Below, piece after piece: positions 50,419 through 63,300 of a stretch of 64,000 bases of DNA (position 1 is the stretch's first letter; each line of letters starts with the position of its first letter). A program made the position numbers and the translations under genes. The stretch comes from Selaginella moellendorffii (Eukaryota > Plantae > Lycopodiophyta). The DNA is taken from the NCBI RefSeq assembly GCF_000143415.4, contig NW_003314264.1, forward strand, positions 947,570 through 1,011,569. Reading direction: 5' to 3'. The notes beneath the pieces were generated by a model. The model had not been told where the DNA came from, did no database searches, and was given only the letters and a program-made list of their open reading frames with translations.

Positions 50419-52093
50419 TCACTGCTGCTGCTTCACTAGCGAAGCGTAGAGTAGCTCGTTCCAAGTATCTGGGACTCCCGGAAGGCACCAGTGGCTGCAA
50501 TCCTGCTGATCCCACCCGTGCTTCTTACCCCACCTCGCAACATGGCCGTCTTTGCGGAACAGCGAGAGCTTGGTCACGTTGAGGAACGTCACACGCGTCT
50601 TCATGCTCCGCAACACCCGAGAGAAAACGGCTACCTTGCTTGAAAGCTCGTCCAGCTTGAATTCGTCCGCCAGTGGCTCCAGATGCGATTCACAGCTCCC
50701 TCCCGTGTCCCAGTCTCCTCCACTGTGACAAAAGCTCGTCAAAGAAAGATCTCGGATCATACGATACGTACCTGAAGTGGTTTGGAGAGTAGCCACGGAC
50801 AAAAATCTTTTGTGTTCTTCCGATATGCCGATCGATCCAGCGGGCCCAAGTTTTCATGGAAGTCTCGAACGCGGCGAGACCGTCCATTTGAGTGGTGTAG
50901 TTGGAGCCTTGGATGAAGTAGCACTCCCTAGAGGAACAAAAGAGAAAGAAAAGCTAGCAAAAGTTGTATAGAAAGAACTTTGGTGGAAAAGAAAAAAGAT
51001 GATCTTACCCGCTGTGAATGCTCCGGTGTTCCCACCAGTGCCCCGAATTGAAAACGATGAGATCCGCGCTCCTCCACTCGCGCGCCGCTGGATCGAGCCG
51101 GTCGAGCGAGAGCGTACAGTTCGCAGCGGCGCTCTTGATCTTGTCCGGGAGCCTCCGGTTCTCCGCGACCAAGAAGTGTGAGCGATAGAAGTCGATGTGG
51201 ACTCTGTGATCCGCGAAGACGATGGAGTAGTAGTAGCCGGCCTTGGCGACACGCTGCCGGTGAGCCTCGTAGACGTTTCTCTTGTTCCTGGCGGCCTGGT
51301 AGAGCATACACACGAGAGATTCCCATTGATTCCGGCCCAGAGAATCTCCCACGAACGCCAGGGTCTTGTTCCTCAGCCTCTCCATCATATCCGTTGCATT
51401 GAATCTGTGTAAGAACCCAAAGAAAAGGAAAGATATCAATGCAAGCAAGAGAAAAAAGAAAGAAACGCTCGCTCGCTCCATTCAGAGAGATCTTTCTTTC
51501 ACCTAGAAAGATCAACCAAGGAGAGTAGCGTACCTTGGAAGATCGCAGCTATGGGGCTGCCATCGCCAATGGAGATAGCCGCTATCGTTGCGCCCATTCT
51601 CTTGGCACTGGAACGCTCCATCGGTGAAGGGGCAGAAGGATGGCTGGAACAAGGGGTATCCATCATCGCGTACCCAGCGCCCGGAGTAAATATCGCAAGA
51701 TCTTGGCGGTGGAGGCGATAGCGATGGCGCTGGAGCTGGCGATGGAGATGGAGATGGCGATGGTGCTCGAGCTGGCGATGGAGATGGAGATGGCGATGGT
51801 GATCCGAAATATTTCGGTGCTCGAGCTCCGCGATTACCAAGAGGAGGAGGATTATCATCGGGATTAGCGCCACCGCCGGCGCCCCCTACCCCGCGATCGC
51901 CGCCTTCGCCATCGCCATCGCGATCGCCCCGGCTGAGCCACGCCGTCAAGAATGCCGCATTGGCGGCCCGGGGAATGGACAAGCGCCTGGAGAGAAGATC
52001 GCCGCTGGTGCTCGAGAGGAACGACGATGCCGCCAGGACGAGCACGGCGAAGGACACTGCTACCGCGATGGATCCCCATGGAGAGAATTTCAT
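50419..52093 (-). CDS. TBL: Trichome birefringence-like (TBL/DUF231) polysaccharide O-acetyltransferase
   Basis: N-terminal TM, Ser-Pro linker, CDIYSGRWV, CQENGRND..YLHWRWQP, FVGDSLGRNQWESLVC, FNSGHWW, RKDGH and DCSHWCLPGVPDTWN. Confidence 0.95.
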
Positions 52094-52253
52094 AGGCGCG
52101 GAGAGCTACGCGATCGATCGATCGATGGAGTGGGCTCGCTAGAAATATTTTGCCTCTCGGCAAAACCTCTCGTGACACCTGTCCAGGCGTCGTATGACGT
52201 GGAGAACGTACTTTTGCTTCCCTGTCCGCCACGTGGCAAAGCTATAAACCCTA
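52094..52253. promoter_or_regulatory. 160-bp bidirectional promoter between TBL and PPR with G-box and telo-box
   Basis: Divergent ATGs at 52093 and 52254. CCACGTGG at about 52229, TATAAACCCTAA at about 52243 and TGACGT at about 52195. Confidence 0.55.
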
Positions 52254-53713
52254 ATGGCGCTGCGAGCGCGCGCGGCGGCGGGATTCTCTCACGCTCGTCT
52301 CGATTCGAGGCTGTTCTTCCGGGGATCGATTGCCAGGTCTGGATTTAGCTGCATTGCCACTGCGACTGCGAGCGGCTATGGCTACACGGTGGAATCGTGG
52401 AGCGAGACGCCATACTTGGAGCTCGTTCTTGGCCTCCGCCCCGAGGGGCAATCCATGACAGCGGGCGCTGGATCCACGCTCGCCGCCGTGCGAGCGAAGC
52501 GGCCGAATCCAGGATATTACGGCAGGCTCATGAGAATGCGGCTCGAGAATGCTTCGTCTATGGGGGGGCGCGAGGCGATCTTGGACAAGAAGAGCTACGT
52601 GAGAGATTTCGAGAGCTTCTGGATTCCTATGCTGGGCGATCTCATGGGAGGGGATTATCACCACTACAGTTTAGAGGTACGCAAGAATCTTAGATTTTTT
52701 CTCTTATTTTCTAGTTTCTTTTGATTTGCTATGTTCTTCGTGGCTGTTTTTCCAGCTTTGCTTATGAGTTTCTTGCTTTTCTTCCCATCAAACTTTGGTG
52801 TTGTTGGTCGGGATTTCTTTTGGTTTTCTCGTTGTTTCCGTGCTCGTATCTTTCATGCCTTATCGAGTCTGATCTTGTCGGTGACATTCTTTATTGTTTC
52901 GTCCTCTCCATCCATCGCGTTCTTATATCACGATCGTGCCAGGTTTTTACATGGCTCACGAACAATCCAATGGTCCTACTATCGGCCAAGAGACCGCAGC
53001 TCGAGCAGCTCTACGCGACGATGATCTCTTACGCCGGAGTCGTTGGGAGCCTGAGGCTAGCACGCATCTGGTTCGACGATCTCAAAGGCAAGGGGCTCAA
53101 GCAATCGACGAGGTGCTGCAACGCTCTCATCCTCGCCTATGCCAAGAAAGGTGACGTTCAAACCGCGCTCTCCATCCTCGAACAGATGAAAGCCTTCCGC
53201 AAGGGGTGCTCGCCAAACGTAGTCACGTACTACATCCTCATCGCCATGTTTGCGAGGCTGGGGGACGCGCCAGGCCTCGCAAATCTCCTGGGCGACAGCG
53301 AGTGCTCGAGCTTTCGTCCCGACCCCATGACTTACAACACTCTCCTCTGCGGCTACTCGAAGATGGGAATGCCGGAGGATTTCGACAAGACACACGGGGA
53401 AATGGTGGAGGATCTGGAGGATGAACTTAGCGAGGAGAGCTACAACGCGTTGCTCGTTGGATGCTCGCGGCTGGATCGTCTCGACGAGCTCCAGCGCTGT
53501 GTGGGGGAGATGCTAGCCAGGGAGATGAGTCTGGCATCGCCGGTGGTGGCGGAAGAGATCGCCAAGGCTTACAGAAGAAATCGATGGGTGGAAGGATTGG
53601 ACACGGTGATCCAGCTCGAGGAAAAGAGTCCCGGGATTTCTCCAACCTTCCAAAGCTTTGTAAATGCTTGCAATGACGATTTAGAAAAAAAGGAGGCGCT
53701 TGTTTCAAGATAA
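52254..53713 (+). CDS. P-class pentatricopeptide repeat protein, probably organelle-targeted (intron about 52677-52942)
   Basis: Transit-like N-terminus. PPR motifs LYATMISYAG, CCNALILAYAKKG, PNVVTYYILIAMFARLG, PDPMTYNTLLCGYSKMG and SYNALLVGC. Confidence 0.88.
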
Positions 53714-54079
53714 GTTTTTACTTTTTTTTCACTACAATCCATGTGATTAACTTTGAATACTATTTTGTGTGGTCTCTTCCAGCTTTTTCCAGAATATGGA
53801 CTCACTGGTTGTGTCCACTGGAAGGATTTCTTTAACACCATGCTGCTGGCATTCATGGTACGCGGCAAACAAAAGCTGCGACAAAAGAAAAATCCGAACA
53901 AGAATCTAACAGGGGCTGCAAATTGTAGAAAATTGACTGATACCACTGTCCAGGTTGAACTTTTGTGCATTCTTTAGTCAATAAAAACGCTGACCAGATA
54001 ATGTTGACAATTTTGAACGTTGACCAGATTCTGGAAATAGATAAGCCCTAAACCTAAGCCCCGACCTTTAAATCTACAC

Positions 54080-54965
54080 TCGTGCCGCCCAATCTCCGCA
54101 TACATATTGGACAGCAGCACCGTTGACCCTGCAAAACCCGGGCTAATCCCCACCGCGTTCCGCGCCGCCATGGCCCCCCGCCGCGCGTCCCCGTGCACCT
54201 TGCAGCACCCCAGCAGCGTGTTCCACGCCACCGCTGGAACGGCATATTCCTCACCACGCCCGACAAACCCCGCCAGCCCCAGCACGTCCACCATGCACGT
54301 CCAGTGGTCGGGCCATGCCGCCAGGCAACCATGGACACGAAGAAATGCCGCACCTGGGCGAGCAGGCCGGCATGGCTGCACGAGTTGAGGATGCTGACGT
54401 AGGTGACGCTGTCGGGCTGGACGCCCTCGAGGTGCATGTCACGGTAGGGTTTAGGGTTTAGGGTTTATTTGGCATATTTGGTGTGGCCGTAATGGGCGTA
54501 TCCCGCCACCGTGGAAGGCAGCGGCGGCATCTCCCATGCTACCGCAGCGCGCGTACATGCTAACCAGCACGTTGCTCAGGGTGAAGTTTGTCGTGGATCC
54601 CGCGAGAATCTCCGGATTCGCGGTGCATAGCTCGGTGTGGATGCACCGCCCCTCGGCGAGCTTGCCCAGGTCGGCGAGGGCGCACAGGAGAATGACGGCC
54701 ATGATGCAATCGGGCTTTAGAATGGAGTCCGAGATGGTGGAGGCCGAGGTGTTAGTGGAGTCCGAGCTCTTCATACTCTTTGTGTACAAACTAGAGTCCG
54801 AGCTCGCAGAGACCAAGCTCCTCGAGCCCGACTCCATGGCCCTCGAGTTCCCAGCCTTCATCTCCGAGAACAATGCGATCGCTTCCTCGTCGTATCCGTG
54901 CTGCACACAAGATCCCATCATCGCGTTCCATGACACCAAGTTCTTCCTCTCGATCCCATCAAGGT
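54080..54965 (-). pseudogene. PLS/E-class PPR pseudogene
   Basis: NLVSWNAMM, NVLVSMYARCGSM, PDSVTYVSILNSCSHAG, WTCMVDVLG..WNTLLGCCKVHGD..VLLSNMYA lie in shifting frames. There is no proper 5' end. Confidence 0.8.
54445..54467 (+). repeat. Interstitial plant telomeric repeat (TTTAGGG)x3
   Basis: TAGGGTTTAGGGTTTAGGGTTTA. Confidence 0.8.
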
Positions 54966-55109
54966 ATCCAAGTAAGTAGTGCCACTCACACTTGGATTGG
55001 GAGCATCGACCATTTGATTTCCCGGGGGAGTTAGAGCCAACTCTTGAACACTTCACTAAGCTAACCCACTTCTTTGTCTATATTCACTCTAGCCTAGACT
55101 CCTCAATGG

Positions 55110-55716
55110 AGAGGAGGATTATCATCGGGATTAGCGCCATTGCTTGTGCCCCCTACCCCACGATCGCCGCCTTTGCCATCGCCATCGCCATCGCCATCAT
55201 CCCAACTGAGCCACACCATCAAGAATGCCGCTTTGGCAGCCCGAGGCATGGACAAGCACCTGGAGAGAAGACTGCCACTGGTGCTCGAGAGGAACAACGA
55301 TGCCGCCAGGACGAGCATGGTGAAGGACACTGCTATTGAAATGGATCCCTATGGAGAGAATTTCATAGGCGCAGAGAGCTACATGACTGATTGATCGATG
55401 GAGTGGGCTCGCTAGAAATATTATGCCTCTCTCGTATGACACTTGTCCAGGCGTCATATGACATGGACAACGTACTTTTTCTTCCCTGTCTGCCATGTGG
55501 CAAAGCCATAAACCCTAATGGTGCTGCGAGCATGTGCAGCGGCGGGATTGTCTCATTCTCGTCTCGATTCGAGGCTGTTCTTCTAGGGATCAATTGCCAA
55601 GTCTGGATTTAGCTGCATTGCCACTGTGATTGTGAGTGGCTATGGAACGAGATGCCATACTTGGAGCTTGTTCTTGGCCTCTGCCCTGAGGGGCAATCCA
55701 TAACAGTAGGTGCTGG
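55110..55716. pseudogene. Diverged direct duplicate of 51845-52471 (TBL 5' end, promoter, PPR 5' end)
   Basis: Co-linear sequence with mostly C>T/G>A changes and small deletions. Confidence 0.9.
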
Positions 55717-56763
55717 TTGCTGCTGCAACTCTTATTTTATAATAATTATTTGCTGTATAATGGGAATCAAGCTTGAATATTCCTTTAATTAATTCTAATT
55801 AATTATCTAAGTATATTTGTTTTAAATAATATAATAAAAATTTAAGAAAATAATTAATATACTAAATGAGACCTCCAAATGGTCTCACTTTAATGAAAAT
55901 GGGATTTTTTGTATATCAGACAAAAACAAAAACTAAAACTAACATGAAGTGTAGGGAGGAGAAATTTGTGAGCAACAGTTGAGAAAATGGCTTATCCTGA
56001 AGTTTTTTTTTCAAATTTTTTCTTGCAATTGTAATTTATAATAGTTAGTAAAGTTTTTTTATTATTTAATAATTATATTTTGGTACTATTACAGTTGTGA
56101 GTGCTCAATATATAAGAATAGATATATTAATTAGGGTTTAGACCCTTATTAATATACAAGAATAGATGGACTAAATTAAGTCCCAATTAGATGGTCTATA
56201 TGCTTTAGTATTATAATTAATGTATTACTTAGGGTAATACATTGTATATATATACATATATTTATAAATTTTACATTATCCTCCGATGCAAAGGTGATGA
56301 TAATAAGTTAGGTGGAACATCTAGAGCCTTTACTGGGTAATTATAAATTACCACAAGAATCTAAAGTTCCCACAAAATAATTAACAAAGTTGTTAATAAC
56401 CATGACTAAAATAAAACCCAAAGCCATAACATAAGCTTCAATCGACTACAGAATCCTAATAAACTAGTTATAACTCTATATACAGCTCCCAAATGCTCAA
56501 ACCAACCACACAACCATAATTTTGAACCGAAGTAAGAGATTTTGAGAGCCACTATAAGCTATATAACACCATTATAGCAAACAATATATCTTATCTTTAA
56601 GTCTACTAGTCAACAATCCTCCAAAACCACTATTAACTCAGATTTAGGACCATAAGTAGAACAACCATCATCTTTGTCCAGCACTGCACATAGGAAGTCA
56701 AACTTACTTTATTCATCTTCCACATCCTCCTTATCCCCTTAACGAAGGAAAATTGTAGCACAT

Positions 56764-57415
56764 GTGGTCATGGGATAAGATTTTGATATACTATCACCGT
56801 GGATCTTTGGAACCTTGGGAAATAAATAGGGATAAAATAACCACTAAGGGCTCTTTCATCAAGTAATGCCTCTTTTCCAGTTGGCTTAAGGAAAGAGAGA
56901 TAAGTTATGTTATATTTAATATCAAAGAAAATGGCACAAGTTTGATTCCCATTGATTAGTGGCTACTTAAAAAATATTATATACCCTTGAGCAAGGTATA
57001 TTCCTACCCCTAAATTTGAAATCATACATATTGGGCATCCATGCAAACATCCTTCTTTTTGTGTGAGTATCCATAGATGAAGATATTCACCATAGAACTG
57101 CAGTATAGGTGGATGACTAGTTGCTTCACATGGAATAACTAATCTACACAATAGAAGGATTGGTAGATTTAGTGCAAAAATGGAAGTGTTGATTCCCCTT
57201 AGCTCAGTAGGGGTTGTTAGTTAATAGTCAATGAGGACATTGACATCTTTGAAAAGGGAGTAAATGTAGTGTATATGGTCATGGGATGAGATTTGGATAT
57301 ACTGTTATCGTGAATCCTTGGAATTTTGGGGGATAAATGGGGATAAAATAGCTACTAAGGGCTTTCTCATCAAGCAATTGCCCCTTTTTCAGTTGGCTTA
57401 AGGAGAGAGAGATAA
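56764..57415. repeat. About 140-bp diverged direct repeat (about 56764-56905 and 57275-57415) in degenerate TE-like DNA
   Basis: TGGTCATGGGAT..GGGATAAAATA..CTAAGGGCT..CAGTTGGCTTAAGGA..GAGATAAG occurs twice. Confidence 0.7.
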
Positions 57416-58048
57416 GGTACACTACAGAAAAAACATTTTGAAACATTGGCTCTATTCAGACTCACTATGCTAGTCCTCACTCCATTATTTATGTTCAGCC
57501 TCACTCCACTATTGCATCCATTTAGCGTCATTATGTTAGGGCCGAATGTTCTGTTCAGGCTTGCTATGCTCATCCTCACTCCATAATCCATATTGTTTAT
57601 CCTCGCTCCACTACCATATTCACTCGTCCTCACTCCATTGTTAGGGCCAAACTCCTATCCATCCCCTCTACCCCTCCTCTGAAAAAAAAAAGTTTGAAGT
57701 ATCAGGGCAGAAATGAGAAAACAAGAAAAATTTAGGAAAAACAATTGTAAAATAAGAAAAAGTGAATAAAAAAGCATCCAAAAAGGAATTTACAGCAATT
57801 GGCAATGCAAAATGGGGAAATAAACAAAAGGATATGTGTTCAAAACTTGGAAAATATTGGATTTCCCATCATAAAATATTTCACCCATCACAATATAAGC
57901 AAAAGATTCACACCACACAGCATACAACTCAACACTTGATATGGGAAAATTAATAACAACGTTCACACTCTCAAGGGAATACATAAACTCCTCAGCAAAA
58001 ATAGTAAAACAAAGGCTCTCAACAGCATTAACAAGTGGGGACATATAT

Positions 58049-58148
58049 NNNNNNNNNNNNNNNNNNNNNNNNNNNNNNNNNNNNNNNNNNNNNNNNNNNN
58101 NNNNNNNNNNNNNNNNNNNNNNNNNNNNNNNNNNNNNNNNNNNNNNNN
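58049..58148. other. Assembly gap (100 N)
   Basis: Run of N. Confidence 1.
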
Positions 58149-58290
58149 AGGGAAGAACCCATAAAAAAGAGTGCACCCTTTTTTTCCAATCGGTTAAGGA
58201 TCTTGGGATATTTGGGGTTAACTGTATTTGGATTTGAATAGTACTTAGCTGGATGACTTTTTGGGAAGTATAAACTCAAGAATTTACCAC
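58149..58290 (+). mobile_element. Second, older copy of the 5S-bearing (Cassandra-like) insert, cut by the gap
   Basis: AAGAGTGCACCC..TTCCAATCGGTTAAGG..TTTGAATAGTACT..GCTGG..GGGAAGT..AAACTCA is homologous to about 13853-13990. Confidence 0.7.
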
Positions 58291-58408
58291 AGGATCCCAA
58301 ACACTAGAGTAAAACATTACAAAAAATCTTCACCCTTTAGGGACAAATTACAATCCCTCTCATCTCCACTAATGTGAGTGCTTAGGATATATTACCTAGG
58401 CTAGGGTA

Positions 58409-58936
58409 ATACATACATATATATACATATATATATACAAATATATATATATATACAAATATATATATATATACATACACATACATATATATATATACAT
58501 ATATACATATACATATACATACATATACACACACATACACACACATATACACATACACACATACACATACATATATACACACATACACACATACACACAT
58601 ACACATATACACATACACACACACACATACACACATACACACATACACATACACATACACATACACTCATACACACACACACATACACACATACACAGAC
58701 ACAGACACATACACATAAACATACACATACACATACACAAACACATACACATACACAGACACATACACATACACACACACACACACATACACATACACAT
58801 ACACATACACATATACATACACACACACATACACATATACATACACATATACACATACATACACATACACATATACATATACATATACATATATATACAC
58901 ATATACATATATACATATATACATATATACATATGC

Positions 58937-58983
<47 letters not shown>
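58409..58983. repeat. Compound TA/CA/TACA microsatellite, about 570 bp
   Basis: Direct observation. Confidence 0.97.
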
Positions 58984-58987
<4 letters not shown>

Positions 58988-59390
58988 AGGGCCAAGTGTA
59001 CGGATACGATGCCGTATACTAATATTAGCGTAGTGGATTTTGGTAGCCGTCGGATTGGTTTCAATCCGGACCACTCGCTCCTGTATATAAGCTAGGGTTT
59101 TTGGGCTAATTGATATGCACATTTCTGTATTCCCTTTCCATATTCTATGCACTCACATTGGTGGAGGTGAGGGGCACCTTTGATTGTCCCTGGGGAGTGC
59201 TTGGATTTGGGTTTTCGGTTTAGATCTAGCTTTTGCATTGTCTAGATCTAGCTTTTTCCATTTTCTTTCTTTTGTTCTTTCCTTTCAGGATTTTGGTTTA
59301 GATCTAGCTTTTTGCATTGTCTAGATCTACCATTTCTTTCCAGCTTTTTGTCATTTCTCTTCTTTTGCTCTTTCTTTCTCATTCATTTTC

Positions 59391-60323
59391 ATGGCCGATC
59401 CGCAATCTCCTCCTTTGACTCTAGAGCAGCAGTTGGTTCAATTGCTTGATGCTATGCGCTTGCAATTGAACAACCAAACTCAGTTGATGGCGGAGTTCAC
59501 GGCACATGGTACAACTCCTCCTGCTTTTGGTGCCAATCCTCGCGTTCGGCCGGAGTTCTTTCGTGGGAATCCTGGGGATGATGTGTACCATTGGTTCGAT
59601 CACTTCACGGTGATTGCCACATATCATTCTTGGGATGATGCTCGACGTTTGCGTGAGTTCCCCACATGTCTTCAAGGGACGGCATTGCAGTGGTACAATG
59701 GATTGAGCGCAGCTACTCGTGGCGATTGGAGTGTTCTTCCGGACGTCTTCAAATGCGCCTTCGGACACGCCGACGATTGTGATGATGCCTTCCAACAATT
59801 ACATCGTCTTCACCAAGGGCCATCTGAGTCGGTGATGCAATTTGGCGTTCGTTTCCTAAGTCTTTTGCTTCATGCGGAGCCAAATATGTCGGAGCGGATC
59901 AAGCTAGGAATGCTGTGGCCAGCACTTCGTCAAGATCTTGTCGGACTTGTGCATGCACTTGCTCCTGCCACTCTTGACGATGCTCTTCGCTTGGCACAAT
60001 GTTATGAGACGTCGCCTCTTCCACTTCTTGCTACACGTCCTTCAACTCCACTTCCTATGAGTGATGGTCCTGTTCCCATGGAGGTTGATGCTGCTGCTAC
60101 TCGAGTCCAAGGACAAGGGCGAGGACGTGGTCGTGGCCGTGACGTTCGTTGCTGGGCGTGTGATGAAGTTGGTCATACTTATTGGCGTTGTCGGCGCTTT
60201 CCGGATTGGCGACCTCCATTTCCTGGGTGGAGACCTTGGCGTCAGCAACGTCCCGTTGGTGCTACTGCGGTGGAAGGTTTGGATACCGAGGTGCATTCAG
60301 GAAATGAGGAGTCACGCGAGTAA
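59391..60323 (+). CDS. gag: Gag of family C
   Basis: 310-aa ORF with PEFFRG..W, LQGTALQWY, LHQGPSESV, PVPMEVD and zinc knuckle CWACDEVGHTYWRC. Confidence 0.9.
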   Translation: MADPQSPPLTLEQQLVQLLDAMRLQLNNQTQLMAEFTAHGTTPPAFGANPRVRPEFFRGNPGDDVYHWFDHFTVIATYHSWDDARRLREFPTCLQGTALQWYNGLSAATRGDWSVLPDVFKCAFGHADDCDDAFQQLHRLHQGPSESVMQFGVRFLSLLLHAEPNMSERIKLGMLWPALRQDLVGLVHALAPATLDDALRLAQCYETSPLPLLATRPSTPLPMSDGPVPMEVDAAATRVQGQGRGRGRGRDVRCWACDEVGHTYWRCRRFPDWRPPFPGWRPWRQQRPVGATAVEGLDTEVHSGNEESRE

Positions 60324-63300
60324 TGGAGGGACCTTGTGCGAATAAGTTAGTGACCCCTCCATCTTTCTTTCGGGAGTATTATCAAGGGGTTCACTCGGCA
60401 CCGGTTCATCCAGTGTTTACTTTCCAAACTCGTTTTTATAACAAGAGGTCTCCTATTCTTCTCTCTGTGTTGGTTGATACAGGTTCGACCTGTTGCCACA
60501 CGTTGTCGCCTACACTTGCATCGTGCGGCGGATCCAGTTTTCATTCTTTATGGCAACGGCCATACACATGCATGTGCACGAGATGAGGCGGACCTGGTTG
60601 TGCGTGTGGGCGATCTCGAGCTTGAGTTGCAGTCGTTGCGGGTGGTGCCGAGTCAAGCTTTTGACCTCATTCTTGGTATGGATTGGTTGCAGCACAATCA
60701 TGCCAAGTGTGACTTTGAGGCTTTTCCCCCTTGTCTCATACTTCCTTATGTTTCATCCATTCCTCTCACTTCTGTACCTCTTCGTCCCTCTACTTCTACC
60801 TTTGCTTCCATTACTTTTGTTCCCCCATTATTTCCTCTTGTGTTTCCATCTTGTTCTGCTCTTCCCTTTTCCGATCCCTCCGATGATCTTTGTGTTGCAG
60901 CTGTTGACCAGCTCATGAAGGAGTATTCTGATCTCTTTGAATTTGACCTATCGTCTGGGGCCAAGATTGCCACACGTCATCCGATTCCAACCGGGGATGC
61001 TCGTCCAATCAAGGTTCCTGTTCGTCATCAGTCACCCAAGGAGATCAAGATTTTACGTGCAAACGTCAAGGAGATGTTGGAGAAGGGTGTTATTCGGAAG
61101 TCGCAGAGTCCTTGGGCATGTGAACCTCATCTTGTGACGAAGCCTGATGGGAGTATTCATTTCTGCATCGACTATCGTCTGTTAAATGAAGTGACGATCC
61201 TGGACGTGTACCCTCTTCCTCACACTACTGATCTCTTGGATCGTCTGGGGCGAAGTCGTTGGTTCACCAAGCTAGATCTTGCTTCTAGGTATTGGCAAGT
61301 ACCGATGGCTGAAGATGATATTCCTAAGACTGCTTTTCGTACACCATTTGGTTTGTACGAGTTTTTGGTGATGCCGTTTGGTTTGAACAATGCTCCAGCA
61401 ACTTTTCAGCGGATGATGGACGAGGTTCTTTGCGATATGCCGGAGGTGACGGCTGACTTCATTGATGATGTCTTGATCCACTCGGAGGGGACGTGGGAGG
61501 AGCATGTTCGTGATGTTTGTAAAGTGTTGGATCGGCTACGCGACGTTGGTTTAAAGCTGAAGCGGTCGAAGTGCGTGTTTGGGTCCAAGGACATAACTTA
61601 TCTTGGGTACCGTATTTCTCGTGAGGGTTTGCAAGTTGATCCTGACAAACTTGTGGCTGTTCTAAAGTTCCCTACTCCGAAGTGTGTGAATGATGTGCAG
61701 CGCTTTTTGGGTAAGGTGCAGTATCTCGGTCGTTTTGTGGATCATCTTTCCGATCACACTATACCATTACGAGCGTTGCTGAAGTCATCAACGTCATCTT
61801 TCATCTGGTCTCCCGATTGTGAGCGGGCGTTCGTGAATCTCAAAGAGCTATTGACGACTCCTCCGGTTTTGGCATATCCTGACTACACTCGATCTTTTAT
61901 TTTGCGCGTGGATGCTTCTGACTTTGGTCTTGGAGGTGTGTTGATGCAAGAGAGCTCGAGTGTGCCTGGTCAGCGCCATCCCATTGCATACATAAGCCGT
62001 ACATTACAACCAGCAGAGATGAACTACTCCACGACGGAGAAGGAGTGTTTAGCAGCAGTCTAGGGTTTCAAGAAACTTCATGCCTATCTACATGGTTCTC
62101 GGACGTTACTTGAAGGTGACCATGCTGCTGTTACTTCATTATTGAAGCGGAAGAACCTGGTTGGTCGTACGGCTCGATGGGCTTTGAAGCTTCAGATATA
62201 TGATTTTGATGTTGTTCATCGCCCAGGGAGTTCTATGGCTGATGCTAATGCCCTTTCTCGAGCTCCTCTTCCTTCTCCACTCACTTCTCATGTTTCTGAC
62301 GAACCTGTTGTTCCAGCATCTGTGGATTTTCTAGATGAGGATTCTGTGCCGTCGGCGGTTGCTGTCCTTGACGTTCAGTGTCCACAGGGCGTAGAGCAAG
62401 ATCTACCTTCTCTGGATGAGGTTCGCGAGGCTCAAAAGATTGAGCCGTGGATTCGAAGGCTTCGAAATGGGTTTGAGAATTCTGCATCACTTGCTGATGA
62501 CTTGCCTTTTCGGCATTTACATTCTCAATATCACCTTGAAGATGGCCATCTTTATTTTGTGGGGACGGATCCTGATGCTCATTTACGGCTGGTGGTGCCT
62601 TCAGTGTTTATTCCGCAGTTTCTCCATGCCTACCATGATTCTCCTATTCTAGGTGGGCATATGGGACACAGTCGTGTCACCGAGAAGCTGCGCAGATCTT
62701 TCTATTGGCCAGAGATGCGACGTGATATTATCCGGTATGTGCGTAGCTGCGTTTGGTGCCAAGCTCGTAACACTCCCCCTTGTGCTGCGGAAGGACGGTT
62801 GGAGTCAATTGCAGTTTCTCGTCCGTTTGAGTTGGTGGCGTTTGATCTTATGGGACCTTTTCCGCGATCGACTGCTGGCAATGAGTATGTTATTATTGCT
62901 TCTGACTACTTGACTCGTTGGGTGGAAGTTGGTGCTCTTGCTAGTGCCTCTGCAACTGCTGTTGGATACTTCCTCCTCAATCGAGTGGTGTTCTAGCATT
63001 CTTGTCCAGAATGGATTCTTTCGGATAATGGTCCTGCATTTATGGCTGAGGTATTTCATGTTTTGACATCTCGGTTGGGGATACGCCACACTTTTACGAG
63101 TGCTTATCATCCACAATCAGACGGTCTAGTGGAACGGCTCGTTCGGACATTCAAAGGGATGATTGCGAAGTATGTGAACTTTCAATATTTGGATTGGGAT
63201 GGTTATTTGCCGTCTCTTCGGTATGCTTATGTCACAGGGGTGCAGAGTTCTGTTGGTGCTTCACCATATAAACTTCTATATGGTCATGATCCAATATTAC

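Noticed and set aside
57470-57650. Repeated CCTCACTCCA motifs
   Set aside because: Short degenerate repeat in decayed TE-like DNA with no interpretable structure.
58382-59152. Long Y/V/C/M-rich ORFs on the minus strand
   Set aside because: They are translations of the TA/CA microsatellite.
60321-60325. TAATG stop-start overlap suggesting termination-reinitiation for pol
   Set aside because: The old copy has TAG-T at this position, so the overlap is not conserved. The slippery site plus pseudoknot explains the frame better.
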